Part shown: in pieces, positions 48,862 through 60,277 of the stretch
How the letters are laid out: the number at the start of each line of letters is the position of its first letter
Position numbering within the stretch: position 1 is the first letter of the stretch
Notes under the pieces: model-generated
Told to the model about the DNA's origin: nothing
Database searches by the model: none
Seen by the model: the letters and a program-made list of their open reading frames with translations, nothing else
IMG/VR virus record: IMGVR_UViG_3300032241_002336
Location: 1-64,000 of that record
Origin: a virus
Direction: 5' to 3' (one strand)
Length of the DNA stretch: 64,000 nt
Position numbers and translations under genes: made by a program

Positions 48862-49715
48862 TATAATGTCTGTATTTGATATAAATTAACAAAAACATTT
48901 GTATTATTTTGATTTTGGACATAACTTACATTAGTTGAATAAGTATTATCTATTTTGTAATAATATCCATTTGTGTTCTTATATAATGTATATTTTGTAT
49001 ATAATTTATTTACCAATGTATCTATACTATATACATTTGAATCTGTCATTAACTTTGTTACAGAACCATTTTTAGCATTATAATAAGAAGCATTCATATA
49101 TAAATTTTTTGGCGTTTCTATGGAAACAGAATTTTTATAATCATAAATATAATAACCCTCATAAAATGCTTTTGATATTAATAATGGATTAGATAATACA
49201 AAATCAACTGGAACTTGATTTGCTGGTTTTGATTCCCCCTTTAAATAATGAACACCATTTAAGACACCTCCCTGTTGATATAAATCATCCTGTGTCAACA
49301 TACTATATATGTTAATCTGTGTCACTAAATTCTGTGTTAGATTATTATCGGAATCATAAAAATTTAACTCTAAATAACTCTGAGTAAAATAATTTGTTTC
49401 AGTCTGTAAATCAGTATCTGTCATTCCAATATCTGAATACATTGTAGTAATTGGAAAACTTCCATTAACTAAAAAAGATAAATTGTAATTTACATTAATT
49501 ATTAAATTACCATTCATATTTACTGGTGTATATCTTACCTTTTCATAATCCAATATTGGATTTATTGCATTGGCTACCTCAACATTTACAAAATTAGTCT
49601 GTATTATGTCAGCATTATCAACCATTTGATAATTCATGTTTATTGGTATATTAATAGTACTAGCTGTAGTACCACTTAATAGTGTAAATGGATTTATATA
49701 ATATTTAACAAACAT
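48861..49715 (-). CDS. Virion structural protein
   Basis: 284-aa ORF; FTQSYLELNFYDS. Confidence 0.65.
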   Translation of the reverse strand: MFVKYYINPFTLLSGTTASTINIPINMNYQMVDNADIIQTNFVNVEVANAINPILDYEKVRYTPVNMNGNLIINVNYNLSFLVNGSFPITTMYSDIGMTDTDLQTETNYFTQSYLELNFYDSDNNLTQNLVTQINIYSMLTQDDLYQQGGVLNGVHYLKGESKPANQVPVDFVLSNPLLISKAFYEGYYIYDYKNSVSIETPKNLYMNASYYNAKNGSVTKLMTDSNVYSIDTLVNKLYTKYTLYKNTNGYYYKIDNTYSTNVSYVQNQNNTNVFVNLYQIQTL

Positions 49716-51432
49716 TATTTACTTTATTTACTTTAAAATTATTGCTCATTGGATCACCCAATGGATCTGCTGGAAATCCATAAAAATATAGATTCCAATT
49801 ATCAAATGGATCTTGTCTTCTGACATTAAAACAATAGTTTTGATATAGATAATGACATCCATTTAAAAACGGATAATCGGCCATTCCATACTTTATATCC
49901 GATTGACCAATATCCAAAAGACTTCTCCATAAATAAGTTCCATCACCCAAATTAGTAGCATAATCTGGTATATCTATAGTATTTAAATCACCCTGTTCTA
50001 TATAACTTGAAAAAATTCTTATTGTCATTAGATTATGTGCTTTATAATAATAACCCTCTGGTCTCGGACCAGCTACAATAGAATCACCAGTAGTCTCTCT
50101 ATTAATTGTATTAAACCTATGATATACATCTGATAATGAAATCTCTTGAACTGTCATAATATTATATTCAACTACATCGCCATAAAAATATGAATTATTT
50201 ATAGTTACATTTGTTTCTAATGGCGTAAACGTCTCACTAGGTGCACTGAGTACATTATGTATTTTTTGTATTACTGGAATATTTTTTAAATATGTAAGTG
50301 TATTTCCATTATTTAATGTAGGAATAAATGGTGATTCTATTCCAGATGATATTTCTGAAAATATATTATTACTATCTGTTTTAATAGTAGTTAAATATAA
50401 TTGACTCAATGGTCTACCTAAATTATCAACTAAATCGCTGACATCAATATCTTTATTAAAAAGAAATTGCGTTATATCATCAGTAAAAATATTTTCTGAA
50501 AATCCTAATTTATATATTTCATAATCATTTGGTCCTAATACAGATGTCTCAGTAGTTTTAATTGGTTTGAATAGTCTAAAATAATATTTTGATGGAACCC
50601 CATTATATAATTTAATCATTCTTGAATTATCTCCAATTGATAATGTAGTTATATCTAAATTTATACAGAAATAATTATTCTGTAGACTTCCATCATCCAA
50701 TCCAAGTCTTTTTATATCATAAGTCCCATCCATGTTTGTACCCGTGAGTATTATACTATCACCGACATTGAGATTATGATTAACAGCTACGCTTAATGCT
50801 GTCATATTTTTACCACCAATAATTACTGAATTAGAATCCACAATTAATAAACCATTATTAATCATTGGATGTTTTGTATCTGCACTAAATGGATAAGTAA
50901 TTGTTATCTCCCAATTTTTTGTTGGTAAATTATTTTGATTTAAATTTGTTATATCTGGAATAAAAGAAAATCTTTCTCTTTTAGGCTCCATGTCAAAATA
51001 ATTACATAATGAAGCATTTGTCAATACAGGATCAAAATATCCAAACCATCCATCTATTTCCTTTAAATGATTTTGTATGCTCTGTGCAAAAGTATATGGA
51101 ACTAGATTATTATTATAGCCAGTATCTGTAAATAATGGCGTACTTAATGATTTCCAAGAATATTCTATATCAGTTGTATTAAATAATGGATTACTTGTAA
51201 TTGGATTTATAGTACCGAGTATTCTATAATAAGTACTATTTTGCCTTTCAGTATTAAATTGTTTATTTACATCAAGCATATAAGCATTATCATCAGAAGG
51301 CAAAAGTTTTCTACTACTTGTAATTTCAAAATTTGTATACAACTTCGGACTTGTAGCCTGTTTTGATGTACTTGATATTAATATTTGTCTTATTCTATTA
51401 TCCATAATTATAATTGAGCTGTTGCAGTACAA
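49705..51432 (-). CDS. Virion structural protein
   Basis: 575-aa ORF (true start probably MDNRI); DNLGRPLSQLYLT, YPFLNGCHY. Confidence 0.65.
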   Translation of the reverse strand: MYCNSSIIIMDNRIRQILISSTSKQATSPKLYTNFEITSSRKLLPSDDNAYMLDVNKQFNTERQNSTYYRILGTINPITSNPLFNTTDIEYSWKSLSTPLFTDTGYNNNLVPYTFAQSIQNHLKEIDGWFGYFDPVLTNASLCNYFDMEPKRERFSFIPDITNLNQNNLPTKNWEITITYPFSADTKHPMINNGLLIVDSNSVIIGGKNMTALSVAVNHNLNVGDSIILTGTNMDGTYDIKRLGLDDGSLQNNYFCINLDITTLSIGDNSRMIKLYNGVPSKYYFRLFKPIKTTETSVLGPNDYEIYKLGFSENIFTDDITQFLFNKDIDVSDLVDNLGRPLSQLYLTTIKTDSNNIFSEISSGIESPFIPTLNNGNTLTYLKNIPVIQKIHNVLSAPSETFTPLETNVTINNSYFYGDVVEYNIMTVQEISLSDVYHRFNTINRETTGDSIVAGPRPEGYYYKAHNLMTIRIFSSYIEQGDLNTIDIPDYATNLGDGTYLWRSLLDIGQSDIKYGMADYPFLNGCHYLYQNYCFNVRRQDPFDNWNLYFYGFPADPLGDPMSNNFKVNKVNNVC

Positions 51433-54400
51433 GCAACACTATCTGTTACTGTTGCTGTTATTAGATCACTACTTGGTGCTGTATAGGTATTAGTGCTATT
51501 AGTATCAACTGGTGAATAAATATATGGTGGTTGACCACCAGTTGCTGTATATGTTATTACATTATTACTATCTCTAACACCACTTAATGTTAATGTAGCT
51601 GGTTGAGATACAACCACGGTTGCCGTAGTTTTCTGTCCATTGCTATCTGTAGCTGTCAATGTATATGTATCAGAACATAAATCATTAAATTGCATATTAT
51701 TATATGAATATGTTTGATTATAACCCATAGTACCAACTAAATTAACATTATATGGCGGATAACCACCAGATATAATAGGATTAATACTTGTAGAACAATC
51801 AGTTGTTGAACAGGGAGCGTATTTTGGTAATATTGGCTGTGTTATTAATATTGGTGCTACTGTAGTTACATTCAATGTCGTAATACATTTATTTACTGGA
51901 TTGCTACTGTCTGATGCTGTAATTACATATGTACCAACTCCAATATTGTTTATTGGTGAGTCGCTTAAAGAAGCATTAGTCAAATTAATATTTGTATTTG
52001 GACCACTTATATTTATACTATATGGATGGATACCTCCTAATAAATATTGTATGTTTATACTACCATTATTAGAAGTTGTTGTAGTTGGTGGATTTAATAT
52101 TGAAAATGAGCATGTAAATGGCTGAGGACCAAATAAACTAACTTCTCTAATCATTACAGTATTCAAAGCATCTGTAGCAGTAATTATATAGGGCTGTGTA
52201 CTCGCTGGTAATCCAGTTATAGATCCAGAAGTATTTGTTGTTAATAAGCCACTATTATAATTTATATTTGTTATAGTATATCTATATGGTGGTGTTCCAC
52301 CCAAAAATGTAAATGATATACTACCATCCGTTGATGTCGTAGTAGTAGCATTTGTAACAGACACGATAATGTCAAATTCGTCTTTTACTTGATTAATACA
52401 TGTAGTAAAGAAATTTTTTCTAAATAAATCTAATGCTGTATTATTTGGTACTATACCAAAATAAAAATAATATGAATTACCTTTAGCTTGGGATGAAAAA
52501 TCTAAACCAATATTACTATTATTTGAAAAATTTCTATAGAGTTTATAAGCATTTCCATCATTAAAATCTGGCGTTCCAACGTAATCTTGACCAGTTATAC
52601 CAAATGACGTTCCATTTGCTATTGAATTTAATTGGGTTAAATTATTTGATGGATATGTCTCTTGTGAGCCATTTATATTCAATAAATATAATGAATCTCT
52701 TAAATACTTATTTATACTAGTCTGTGTATCTATAGTATTAGTCTGTTCATAAATTTGATTTATTGAAACGGCATATGGTGGTGTGCTAGTACCTGTAGCT
52801 GAAGGTAAATCAACACCTATTTCTGAGAGTCTTCTTATATTTAAACATTTTTGTTCATTGGCACCTATACCAGCACAATCTATTGTGAAAAATAAACCAG
52901 TATATTGTCCTGATATATCAAAAATTCCAGTAACCGTTTCACCAATTGGTATTCCATTAGACATATCCACTGGTTCTTGGATTAGTGGTGGCATTTTAAA
53001 AGATGAATTAGTTAAATATTGTATAATTTGTGGATATCCCTGCCAATCACAACTTAATATAGAACCTAAGTTAACTATATCTGTCGCAAATAGTTTATTA
53101 TTATTATTATTTAATGTTAATGGTGGGTAGTATAAAATTTTATTATATTGAACTAATAATCCATTTAACATGCTATCATAAAAAGAATCTGAAGTACTAG
53201 TATTACTTACATTTGAATTAGTACTATCATGTAATTGTATTGTATGACATTCGTTATATGATGTTCCAGATATTCCATCTAATGGGCTAATTTCTTTACA
53301 ATATGTTTCACAAAATCTTTCACTGCCACTAGCTTTTTTCTTATATTTTAATAGATAATAATATAATGATCCATTAACCCAATCATTATAAAAATCAAAT
53401 TGAAATATATCTAAATCTTGTGCTAAAATAGTTGCAATGCATGTATCAAAGTTTTTAGCCGTTTGTCCACAACCAGGCGTATAATCTTGTCCATTACAAT
53501 TTAATTTAATCGGATTTATCCATCCAAATGGATGAACACCCAGAATAGATACGCATACAATAGAATTTATAACACTAACAATAGCGGATATTATAGTTAT
53601 TATTAAACATATTACCGTAAATAATATATTTTTTTGTGAATAAAATCTATTATAAGGAAAAGGATTTTTATTACCGACACATCCATCAACATCTTTTATA
53701 CCTGTAAAATTGGTATTTGTTTGTCCAACACCACCTGAGGCTATTAATTCAGCTTTATTTATTATATTACCGACATTTGTTTCGGTTCTAGGAATAAAAT
53801 TTTTAATTGTATATATTTTATTCCAATATAAATCAGTAAAACTATTATCATTTGTGGTTGAATCAAAATTGAAATCAATATCAGATATGGTATTTGGATT
53901 ATGAGGCACTAAATATTTTCCATGTGTTCTTATTCTGCCTATATCAGATTCTTCATCCATACTTATCCTAAATCTAACTCTAGACCTTGTTGGTATGCCT
54001 TTAGTTGTGTCTTTTGATGGTATTAATTCACCAGTCTCACTCGTTACTACATAATCGAGATTCATTGGTATTTGATAAGCCCAATTTCCATTATCATCAA
54101 TAACTCTACCGCCATTTACATTAAAACTTTCTATTTGATTGTTTAATGTTTTTCTAATCATTTCAATTGTTCCTTGTCCAGTTTCTTGTTCACAGAGTAC
54201 GCCTAATTTTTTTCTCGGTATACAATTTTTATTTACGCTATTTTTTTTGCTATCGCCAAAAAGACTTCCAATGAATATTGCAGAAGGGGTTAAACTATAA
54301 TTTAAATTTATTTCAACTCTATTTATTCCTATTTGGCAATTATCAGTATCTCCCCAGAATGGTAATACATTTACAGATACATTTGCTGATTTAATTTGAA

Positions 54401-55031
54401 CTAAAGAATCTAAATTTGTCCCACCTTTAAACTTTGTTGAACTATAGAAAAATTCTTTTGGTGTACCTTGGCTTATTAAATCATATGGTTTCTGAGACGC
54501 AATACCAATATCTGATATATCCGCATCTACATGCAGTGTATATGTACCAAGTGGTATCCCAAAAAGCATAAAATCACCAGCATAATTTGTTGTTGTAGTA
54601 AATTTATAATACTTACAGTATACATAAAGCATTTCATCATTATCCAATACCTCTCTTTTACTTGGAAATGTTCCGACTGGGGTATAACAGGGATTTTGAT
54701 TATCTGGCTCAGATTTTAATAGGTTATATCTTATGCCATTACTATTTGTATCTGTTACAGTCTCAAATGGATAAAGACCGTATATTTGTGGGTTGGCTTT
54801 ATCAACGTCATCAACTGGTATAAAAACGCTTACTTTAGCATTTGGTATACCAAACCCATTATTAACTAATACACGACCAACAACAACACCATAATCAGAA
54901 CAAAAATTTCGATAAGCATTTTCCTGACTTATATTTAAAGATAAAATTTTAATAAAATCAAAATCCTGTTCAATTTTAAAATTAATATACTGTGTTCCTT
55001 GATTTGCTGGTATTCTTATACTATCTGACAT
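51408..55031 (-). CDS. Large virion structural protein with C-terminal SprB-type repeats
   Basis: YGVVVGRVL...GIPNAKVS N-domain; GGTPPY/GGYPPY repeats. Confidence 0.7.
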   Translation of the reverse strand: MSDSIRIPANQGTQYINFKIEQDFDFIKILSLNISQENAYRNFCSDYGVVVGRVLVNNGFGIPNAKVSVFIPVDDVDKANPQIYGLYPFETVTDTNSNGIRYNLLKSEPDNQNPCYTPVGTFPSKREVLDNDEMLYVYCKYYKFTTTTNYAGDFMLFGIPLGTYTLHVDADISDIGIASQKPYDLISQGTPKEFFYSSTKFKGGTNLDSLVQIKSANVSVNVLPFWGDTDNCQIGINRVEINLNYSLTPSAIFIGSLFGDSKKNSVNKNCIPRKKLGVLCEQETGQGTIEMIRKTLNNQIESFNVNGGRVIDDNGNWAYQIPMNLDYVVTSETGELIPSKDTTKGIPTRSRVRFRISMDEESDIGRIRTHGKYLVPHNPNTISDIDFNFDSTTNDNSFTDLYWNKIYTIKNFIPRTETNVGNIINKAELIASGGVGQTNTNFTGIKDVDGCVGNKNPFPYNRFYSQKNILFTVICLIITIISAIVSVINSIVCVSILGVHPFGWINPIKLNCNGQDYTPGCGQTAKNFDTCIATILAQDLDIFQFDFYNDWVNGSLYYYLLKYKKKASGSERFCETYCKEISPLDGISGTSYNECHTIQLHDSTNSNVSNTSTSDSFYDSMLNGLLVQYNKILYYPPLTLNNNNNKLFATDIVNLGSILSCDWQGYPQIIQYLTNSSFKMPPLIQEPVDMSNGIPIGETVTGIFDISGQYTGLFFTIDCAGIGANEQKCLNIRRLSEIGVDLPSATGTSTPPYAVSINQIYEQTNTIDTQTSINKYLRDSLYLLNINGSQETYPSNNLTQLNSIANGTSFGITGQDYVGTPDFNDGNAYKLYRNFSNNSNIGLDFSSQAKGNSYYFYFGIVPNNTALDLFRKNFFTTCINQVKDEFDIIVSVTNATTTTSTDGSISFTFLGGTPPYRYTITNINYNSGLLTTNTSGSITGLPASTQPYIITATDALNTVMIREVSLFGPQPFTCSFSILNPPTTTTSNNGSINIQYLLGGIHPYSINISGPNTNINLTNASLSDSPINNIGVGTYVITASDSSNPVNKCITTLNVTTVAPILITQPILPKYAPCSTTDCSTSINPIISGGYPPYNVNLVGTMGYNQTYSYNNMQFNDLCSDTYTLTATDSNGQKTTATVVVSQPATLTLSGVRDSNNVITYTATGGQPPYIYSPVDTNSTNTYTAPSSDLITATVTDSVACTATAQL

Positions 55032-55372
55032 TAATCTATTTTAACTATATCATACTTATTGACCAATTCATAATCATCCTCATTAAATTCTTCATCAATT
55101 GGTTCTTCTAATTCTTCTTCTTTTGGAAATATTTTCCTACCAATATATAATAACAATGGTGAGATATCAACTCCTTCTGATAATACAATAACTTTAAATA
55201 ATATAACTACCAATATGGGTATTATAAGTGGTGTTAAAATAATTGATAATAATAAAAAAATAAAAAACTTTACAGTATAAAGTTTAATTTTTTGAGATGA
55301 GGTAAGAGGCTCATCAATTTTAGATATAATATCTTCGTATGAAGATTTTTTTTTGCAACTATTACAAGACAT
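55031..55372 (-). CDS. Small membrane protein with N-terminal CxxC
   Basis: MSCNSCKKK; long hydrophobic segment; acidic tail. Confidence 0.65.
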   Translation of the reverse strand: MSCNSCKKKSSYEDIISKIDEPLTSSQKIKLYTVKFFIFLLLSIILTPLIIPILVVILFKVIVLSEGVDISPLLLYIGRKIFPKEEELEEPIDEEFNEDDYELVNKYDIVKID

Positions 55373-55415
55373 AATTTTTTTATTTAAAATACTATTTTTT
55401 TATAAAAAGAAAACA

Positions 55416-57236
55416 TTATGCGGTTTTGGTACGAACTATTATGTCTGTATTTGGAAATTTTACCTCATACATGGTTTCAGGCTCTCCATATAATGTATAT
55501 GCATCAGAAATATCAATTTGCATTGTTGATGCATCAATATATGGCTGTGTTATTTGATTTATTGAATAAACACCACCAACCATATTATATACTCTTATTT
55601 CAATTGTATTTAAAACACCATTAACACTATTAATTGTTTGATATAAACCGCCTAAATAAATATTTTCACCCATATCAAAATTATTCACACTCATATGGCT
55701 AGTTATATCATTGACTACTTGGCTTATAATTTGTGATTGAGAATAATTATGATCTACAAGTAAATCAACTTGAAATGATATATTAACTATTCTAGCATCT
55801 AATACTTCTATATAATCATTCATCATTCTATAATTAGACAAGTAAGTCGCTATATTCTGTTGAAGTGTCGTATTTGAAGTATTATTTAATGTTCCGTCAG
55901 CATTAAGTCCTAATATATATACTTGAATTTTATTCTGATTTTCCTGAACACCGACTCTAAATGGTATGCCATATTGACCTGGCATGTTGTTAATAATTGT
56001 CTGATAATCTTTAATTGTAACAGCTCTATTCTGAGCAGAAAAATTATATCTAATATAATTTCTTATTTCTTCAATCGAAGGCGCATTTTTACCGCCTAAA
56101 GCAGGAATTGGATTATTAACAGTTAAGGAAGACTTGACGGAATTATTTGTAGCTGTATTACCACCATTAACAAGAATATTTGCTAAACCAACGCTATTTA
56201 TGACTCCTTGTCCTATATTTGAAGATATACCACCACCTACTCTATATTTAACAAATAATGTATTATTTGGTGATAATGTATAACCTAATGATAAATTATT
56301 TATAAAATCACCGATTTGATTAATTAAATTAGGATTAATTCCATAATTTGTTAATGAACTAATATCCTGTGTACCACCGCCAAATATTAATTTTAAAAAT
56401 CCTTTATCCGTATATTCTGTTATAAATTTATTGTTAACCGTAATGTACTTACCTGCTACAATACTAGGATTACTTGAAAATGAGTTATAATCAGGTACAA
56501 ATACTAAATTTTCTGCTAATGCATCTACTCGATACCATTGATATGTTTCATCTAAAAATTGAGCATAAGTTGGATCTGCATTGTAATTTGTTCCTGGCAA
56601 CAGTATAACGGATTCTATTGATAAAACGTTATTATCTGGTAAAACAACTTCTAAAAATGGAACTATATCAGCAGTAGTAATAACTCTACTATATGTTTTA
56701 CTATATCCATTTGTTACAATTTCCCTCTTTGTAAGTGTATAATTAATTAGATTACCATTGCTATCAAAATTTGGAATAATGAGCCTATTTGGTATACCAC
56801 CAGCGCTAAATGGCTGGGAAAAATCAATATCATCTGTAGTCTCAAATACTTGACCACTGCCATTTACTTGAGCACCAGCTTGAATAATTGGCGCATAAGA
56901 AATATCAAAACTACTTCCATAAACTGGTACTGTTACTGAAAAATCAACAATTGTGGCTGAAGCTCTATTACCAGCTACATTTAAGCCAAAAGTCCTTGCT
57001 AACGCCATTAATGAACTTCTTTGTTGAGCATAATCAATCTGAGTCTCTTGGAACATCCTGTCAGTATTGAAAGAAATCATATCACCTACAGCCGCATTTA
57101 ATTCTAGCAACATCATACCAACAGAGGAATCATTAAAATCGTTGAATATTGAAGGATAGTATTGTTTTACATAATTTATTAGATCGGTTCTAATGTCGGA
57201 AAAATTTCTTGAAGTATAGTTTACATATTGTGCCAT
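55416..57236 (-). CDS. Baseplate wedge protein (T4 gp6/baseplate J-like)
   Basis: YTSRNFSDIRTDL, DFNDSSVG, YRVGGG..SN, AQNRAVTIKDY. Confidence 0.85.
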   Translation of the reverse strand: MAQYVNYTSRNFSDIRTDLINYVKQYYPSIFNDFNDSSVGMMLLELNAAVGDMISFNTDRMFQETQIDYAQQRSSLMALARTFGLNVAGNRASATIVDFSVTVPVYGSSFDISYAPIIQAGAQVNGSGQVFETTDDIDFSQPFSAGGIPNRLIIPNFDSNGNLINYTLTKREIVTNGYSKTYSRVITTADIVPFLEVVLPDNNVLSIESVILLPGTNYNADPTYAQFLDETYQWYRVDALAENLVFVPDYNSFSSNPSIVAGKYITVNNKFITEYTDKGFLKLIFGGGTQDISSLTNYGINPNLINQIGDFINNLSLGYTLSPNNTLFVKYRVGGGISSNIGQGVINSVGLANILVNGGNTATNNSVKSSLTVNNPIPALGGKNAPSIEEIRNYIRYNFSAQNRAVTIKDYQTIINNMPGQYGIPFRVGVQENQNKIQVYILGLNADGTLNNTSNTTLQQNIATYLSNYRMMNDYIEVLDARIVNISFQVDLLVDHNYSQSQIISQVVNDITSHMSVNNFDMGENIYLGGLYQTINSVNGVLNTIEIRVYNMVGGVYSINQITQPYIDASTMQIDISDAYTLYGEPETMYEVKFPNTDIIVRTKTA

Positions 57237-57350
57237 CTTTTTTTTATTATAAATATTAAGATAAAATTTTTATAGTTAAATGGTTAATAATTAAAATATT
57301 TTATGTATATTTGTATTTATTAATATAATTATAGTGAAACATCTACTGGT

Positions 57351-58991
57351 ATGATAAAAAAAAATACAAATGAATTTATTAAAGAGGCCAAAAAAGTACA
57401 TGGCGATAAATATGACTATTCATTAGTTGAATATAAAAAAAATAATCTTAAAGTAAAAATAATATGTCCTATACATGGTGAATTTGAACAGTCTCCGTCT
57501 AAACATATAAATGCTAAACAAAATTGTCCTAACTGTAGTAATGAAAAAATACATAATAAACAAAGAAAAAATATAAATGATTTTATTAAAGAAGCTAAAA
57601 AAATTCATGGAGATAAATATGACTATTTTTTATCAAAATATGTTAGTTATAACAAAAAGATAAATATTATTTGTCCAATACATGGTGAGTTTAATCAAAC
57701 ACCAAATAATCATTTAAATGGTAAAGGATGTAAATATTGTGGCGGTACTTCAAAATTAGATACCAAATTATTTATTATTAACGCTAAAAAAATACATGGG
57801 AATAAATATGACTATTCTAAAGTAAATTATATAGACGCAAGAACAAATATAAAAATTATATGCCCAAAGCATGGAGAATTTGAGCAATCTCCAAATAATC
57901 ATATTTCAAAAAAACAAGGTTGTTATGATTGTTTGGGTAAAATCTATGATACTGATAGTTTTATTAAAATTTGTTCTTTAATACATAATAATAAATATAA
58001 TTATTCTTTAGTTGATTATGTAAATTCAAGTACAAAGGTTAAAATTATATGTTCAGAACACGGTGAATTTGAGCAAAGGTGTGATACCCATAGAAACGGA
58101 GCTGAATGCCCTAAATGTTTAGATATTGGACAATCAAAAAACGAAATAAATTTATACCAATATCTAATATCCATATATAAAAACGAAATTATACAAAAAG
58201 ATAGAAGTATTTTAAGTAAACAAGAATTAGATATCTATATTCCAAATAATAATATTGCCATTGAATATAATGGATTATACTGGCATAACGAATTAAATAA
58301 ACCATCAAACTATCATCTTAATAAAACAAAATTATGTGAAGATAAAGGAATCAAACTTATTCACATATTTGAAGATGAATGGATACATAAAAAAGATATC
58401 GTAAAAAGTAGATTAAAAAATATACTAGGATTAACATCTAATAAAATATATGCAAGAAAATGCATTATTAAAAATATTGATACTAAATTATCAAAAGAAT
58501 TCTTAAATACAAATCATATACAAGGACATGTTAATTCAAGTATAAAATTAGGATTATATTATAATGATGAATTGGTTAGTATTATGACATTTGGCTCTCT
58601 AAGAAAAACAATGGGCAAAAATAAAATAGACGGTTCGTATGAATTATTAAGATTCTGTAATAAATTAGATACTACAGTAATCGGAGGTGCTAATAAACTA
58701 CTTAGTCATTTTATTAAAAATTATAATCCAAATGAAATAATAAGTTACGCTGATAGAAGATGGTCCAATGGTAATTTATATGAAAAATTAGGCTTTGAAT
58801 TTAGTCATAATAGCAAACCAAATTATTGGTATGTTAAACAACTTAAAAGAGAATATAGATTTAAATATAGAAAAAATATTTTAGTTAAAGAAGGTTATGA
58901 TCCTACTAAAAGTGAGCATGAAATAATGCTTGAGCGTGAAATATATAGAATATATGACTGTGGAAATAAATGTTATAAATTAACCATTTAA
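57351..58991 (+). mobile_element. Free-standing homing endonuclease-like protein (DUF723-like Zn repeats, Vsr-like nuclease, C-terminal Hef-like domain)
   Basis: Four HxxKYxY...IICxxHGEFxQ repeats; ELDIYIP..IAIEYNGLYWH; ISYADRRWS, RIYDCG. Confidence 0.8.
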
Positions 58992-59374
58992 ACATTAATT
59001 ATGACAAAATCATCAATATCAAATACATTATCAGATATTGTATATTTTAAAGTAATTACAGCGGCATAATCGCTATTTGTGGCTGGTGTAACTGTTAAAC
59101 TTGTAATTATTAGATTTGGTAGATACTTTTTAACTGAAGTTTTAACAGCATCTGTTATATCTGATAATGTTTTTGAATCATTTGGTTCAAATATAAATTT
59201 TAATAAATCTGTTCCAAAATCTGGATTATATAGTCTCTGGCCTTTTCTTGTTAATAATAGATGCATGAGATCGGCTTTGATAGCTTTTTGGTTATCAGCA
59301 TTTAGATTTAAAAAAAACCCCTGTGGACTATTTTTAAACGGATAATCAATATTTATATATCTAGTATTTGACAT
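58988..59374 (-). CDS. Baseplate protein gp25-like (sheath initiator)
   Basis: LLLTRKGQRLYNPDFGTDL..FIFEP. Confidence 0.9.
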   Translation of the reverse strand: MSNTRYINIDYPFKNSPQGFFLNLNADNQKAIKADLMHLLLTRKGQRLYNPDFGTDLLKFIFEPNDSKTLSDITDAVKTSVKKYLPNLIITSLTVTPATNSDYAAVITLKYTISDNVFDIDDFVIINV

Positions 59375-59428
59375 TATAACAATTTAATTATAAATATAAT
59401 AGTAATTGTTTTTTAACATAAATAAATA

Positions 59429-59452
59429 AAAAAGGGCTCAAAAGAGCCCTTT
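59429..59452 (-). terminator. Intrinsic terminator after the RNR locus
   Basis: AAAAGGGCTC/GAGCCCTTTT. Confidence 0.75.
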
Positions 59453-59476
59453 ATTTTTTTTAAAAAAAATTAAAAA

Positions 59477-60277
59477 CTAGACTATTAAAACTTCACAACC
59501 ACCACTTCCACAAGCTATTTCTCCGCTTAGATTTGTGGAATCAGTTACTTCAATAACTTTAGTTAAATCAATATCTGATATATGTTCTATCATTTCTTCA
59601 TACGTTTTTTTGGTACAATCAGTAAATGGAGCTTGGATATATGTTCCACCATCATATGGTAATACGGATATACCATTAAATGAGTTTCTATTATCCCACA
59701 TCCATTTACCTACATTTGGCCATTCATTTATTTTAAAAATAATATTTTCCTTTTCATCTTTTCTATCCTCCAAAATTGGAAATCCGTTAGAATCTATTAT
59801 TGGTAATCCATCATCATTTAGTTTAGTTACCTTTTCTGATTCTTTTTTAATACTAACTGTTACGCTGACATTATGTGTATTTTCACCATCCCTATGTCCG
59901 CCTCTAACCCATTCAATATTAAATCTTTTAACTCTCTCTAATAAATTCATTGGAGATTCAAATCTTAAAATAGAACCTTCTGGTGCTTTAACTGGTAATG
60001 AAATAACGGCTTGGTCCTTTGGCTTAAAATATTCATCTTCAACTAATTCTGGATGATAAATTGATAAATATGTATAAATTGCTTCATTCTTACCTACACG
60101 TATCCTTCTAATATAATAATCATTATGCCAAGCATGAATTCCTGATGCCGTACCTAGAACGAGAGAACTTGTATTATGTACTACAGCTTTATTTTCTAAT
60201 TGATAAGAGTGTGTTTCGTTAACCTCAATATCTACAGTAAACTTAGCTTCTCCCTTTTTAATTGATTTAATTTTCAT
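59477..60277 (-). CDS. nrdJ: Split intein C-fragment (35 aa) fused to the C-terminal part of class II ribonucleotide reductase
   Basis: MKIKSIKK...TVDIEVNETHSY...VVHN|TSSLVLGTASGIH; C-terminal ACGSGGCE. Confidence 0.9.
   Translation of the reverse strand: MKIKSIKKGEAKFTVDIEVNETHSYQLENKAVVHNTSSLVLGTASGIHAWHNDYYIRRIRVGKNEAIYTYLSIYHPELVEDEYFKPKDQAVISLPVKAPEGSILRFESPMNLLERVKRFNIEWVRGGHRDGENTHNVSVTVSIKKESEKVTKLNDDGLPIIDSNGFPILEDRKDEKENIIFKINEWPNVGKWMWDNRNSFNGISVLPYDGGTYIQAPFTDCTKKTYEEMIEHISDIDLTKVIEVTDSTNLSGEIACGSGGCEVLIV

Noticed and set aside
1136-60056. Antisense and nested ORFs from the track (e.g. 1136..1486, 16422..16787, 52783..53130, 59535..60056)
   Set aside because: They lie wholly opposite or inside well-supported genes and have no motifs; shadow ORFs.
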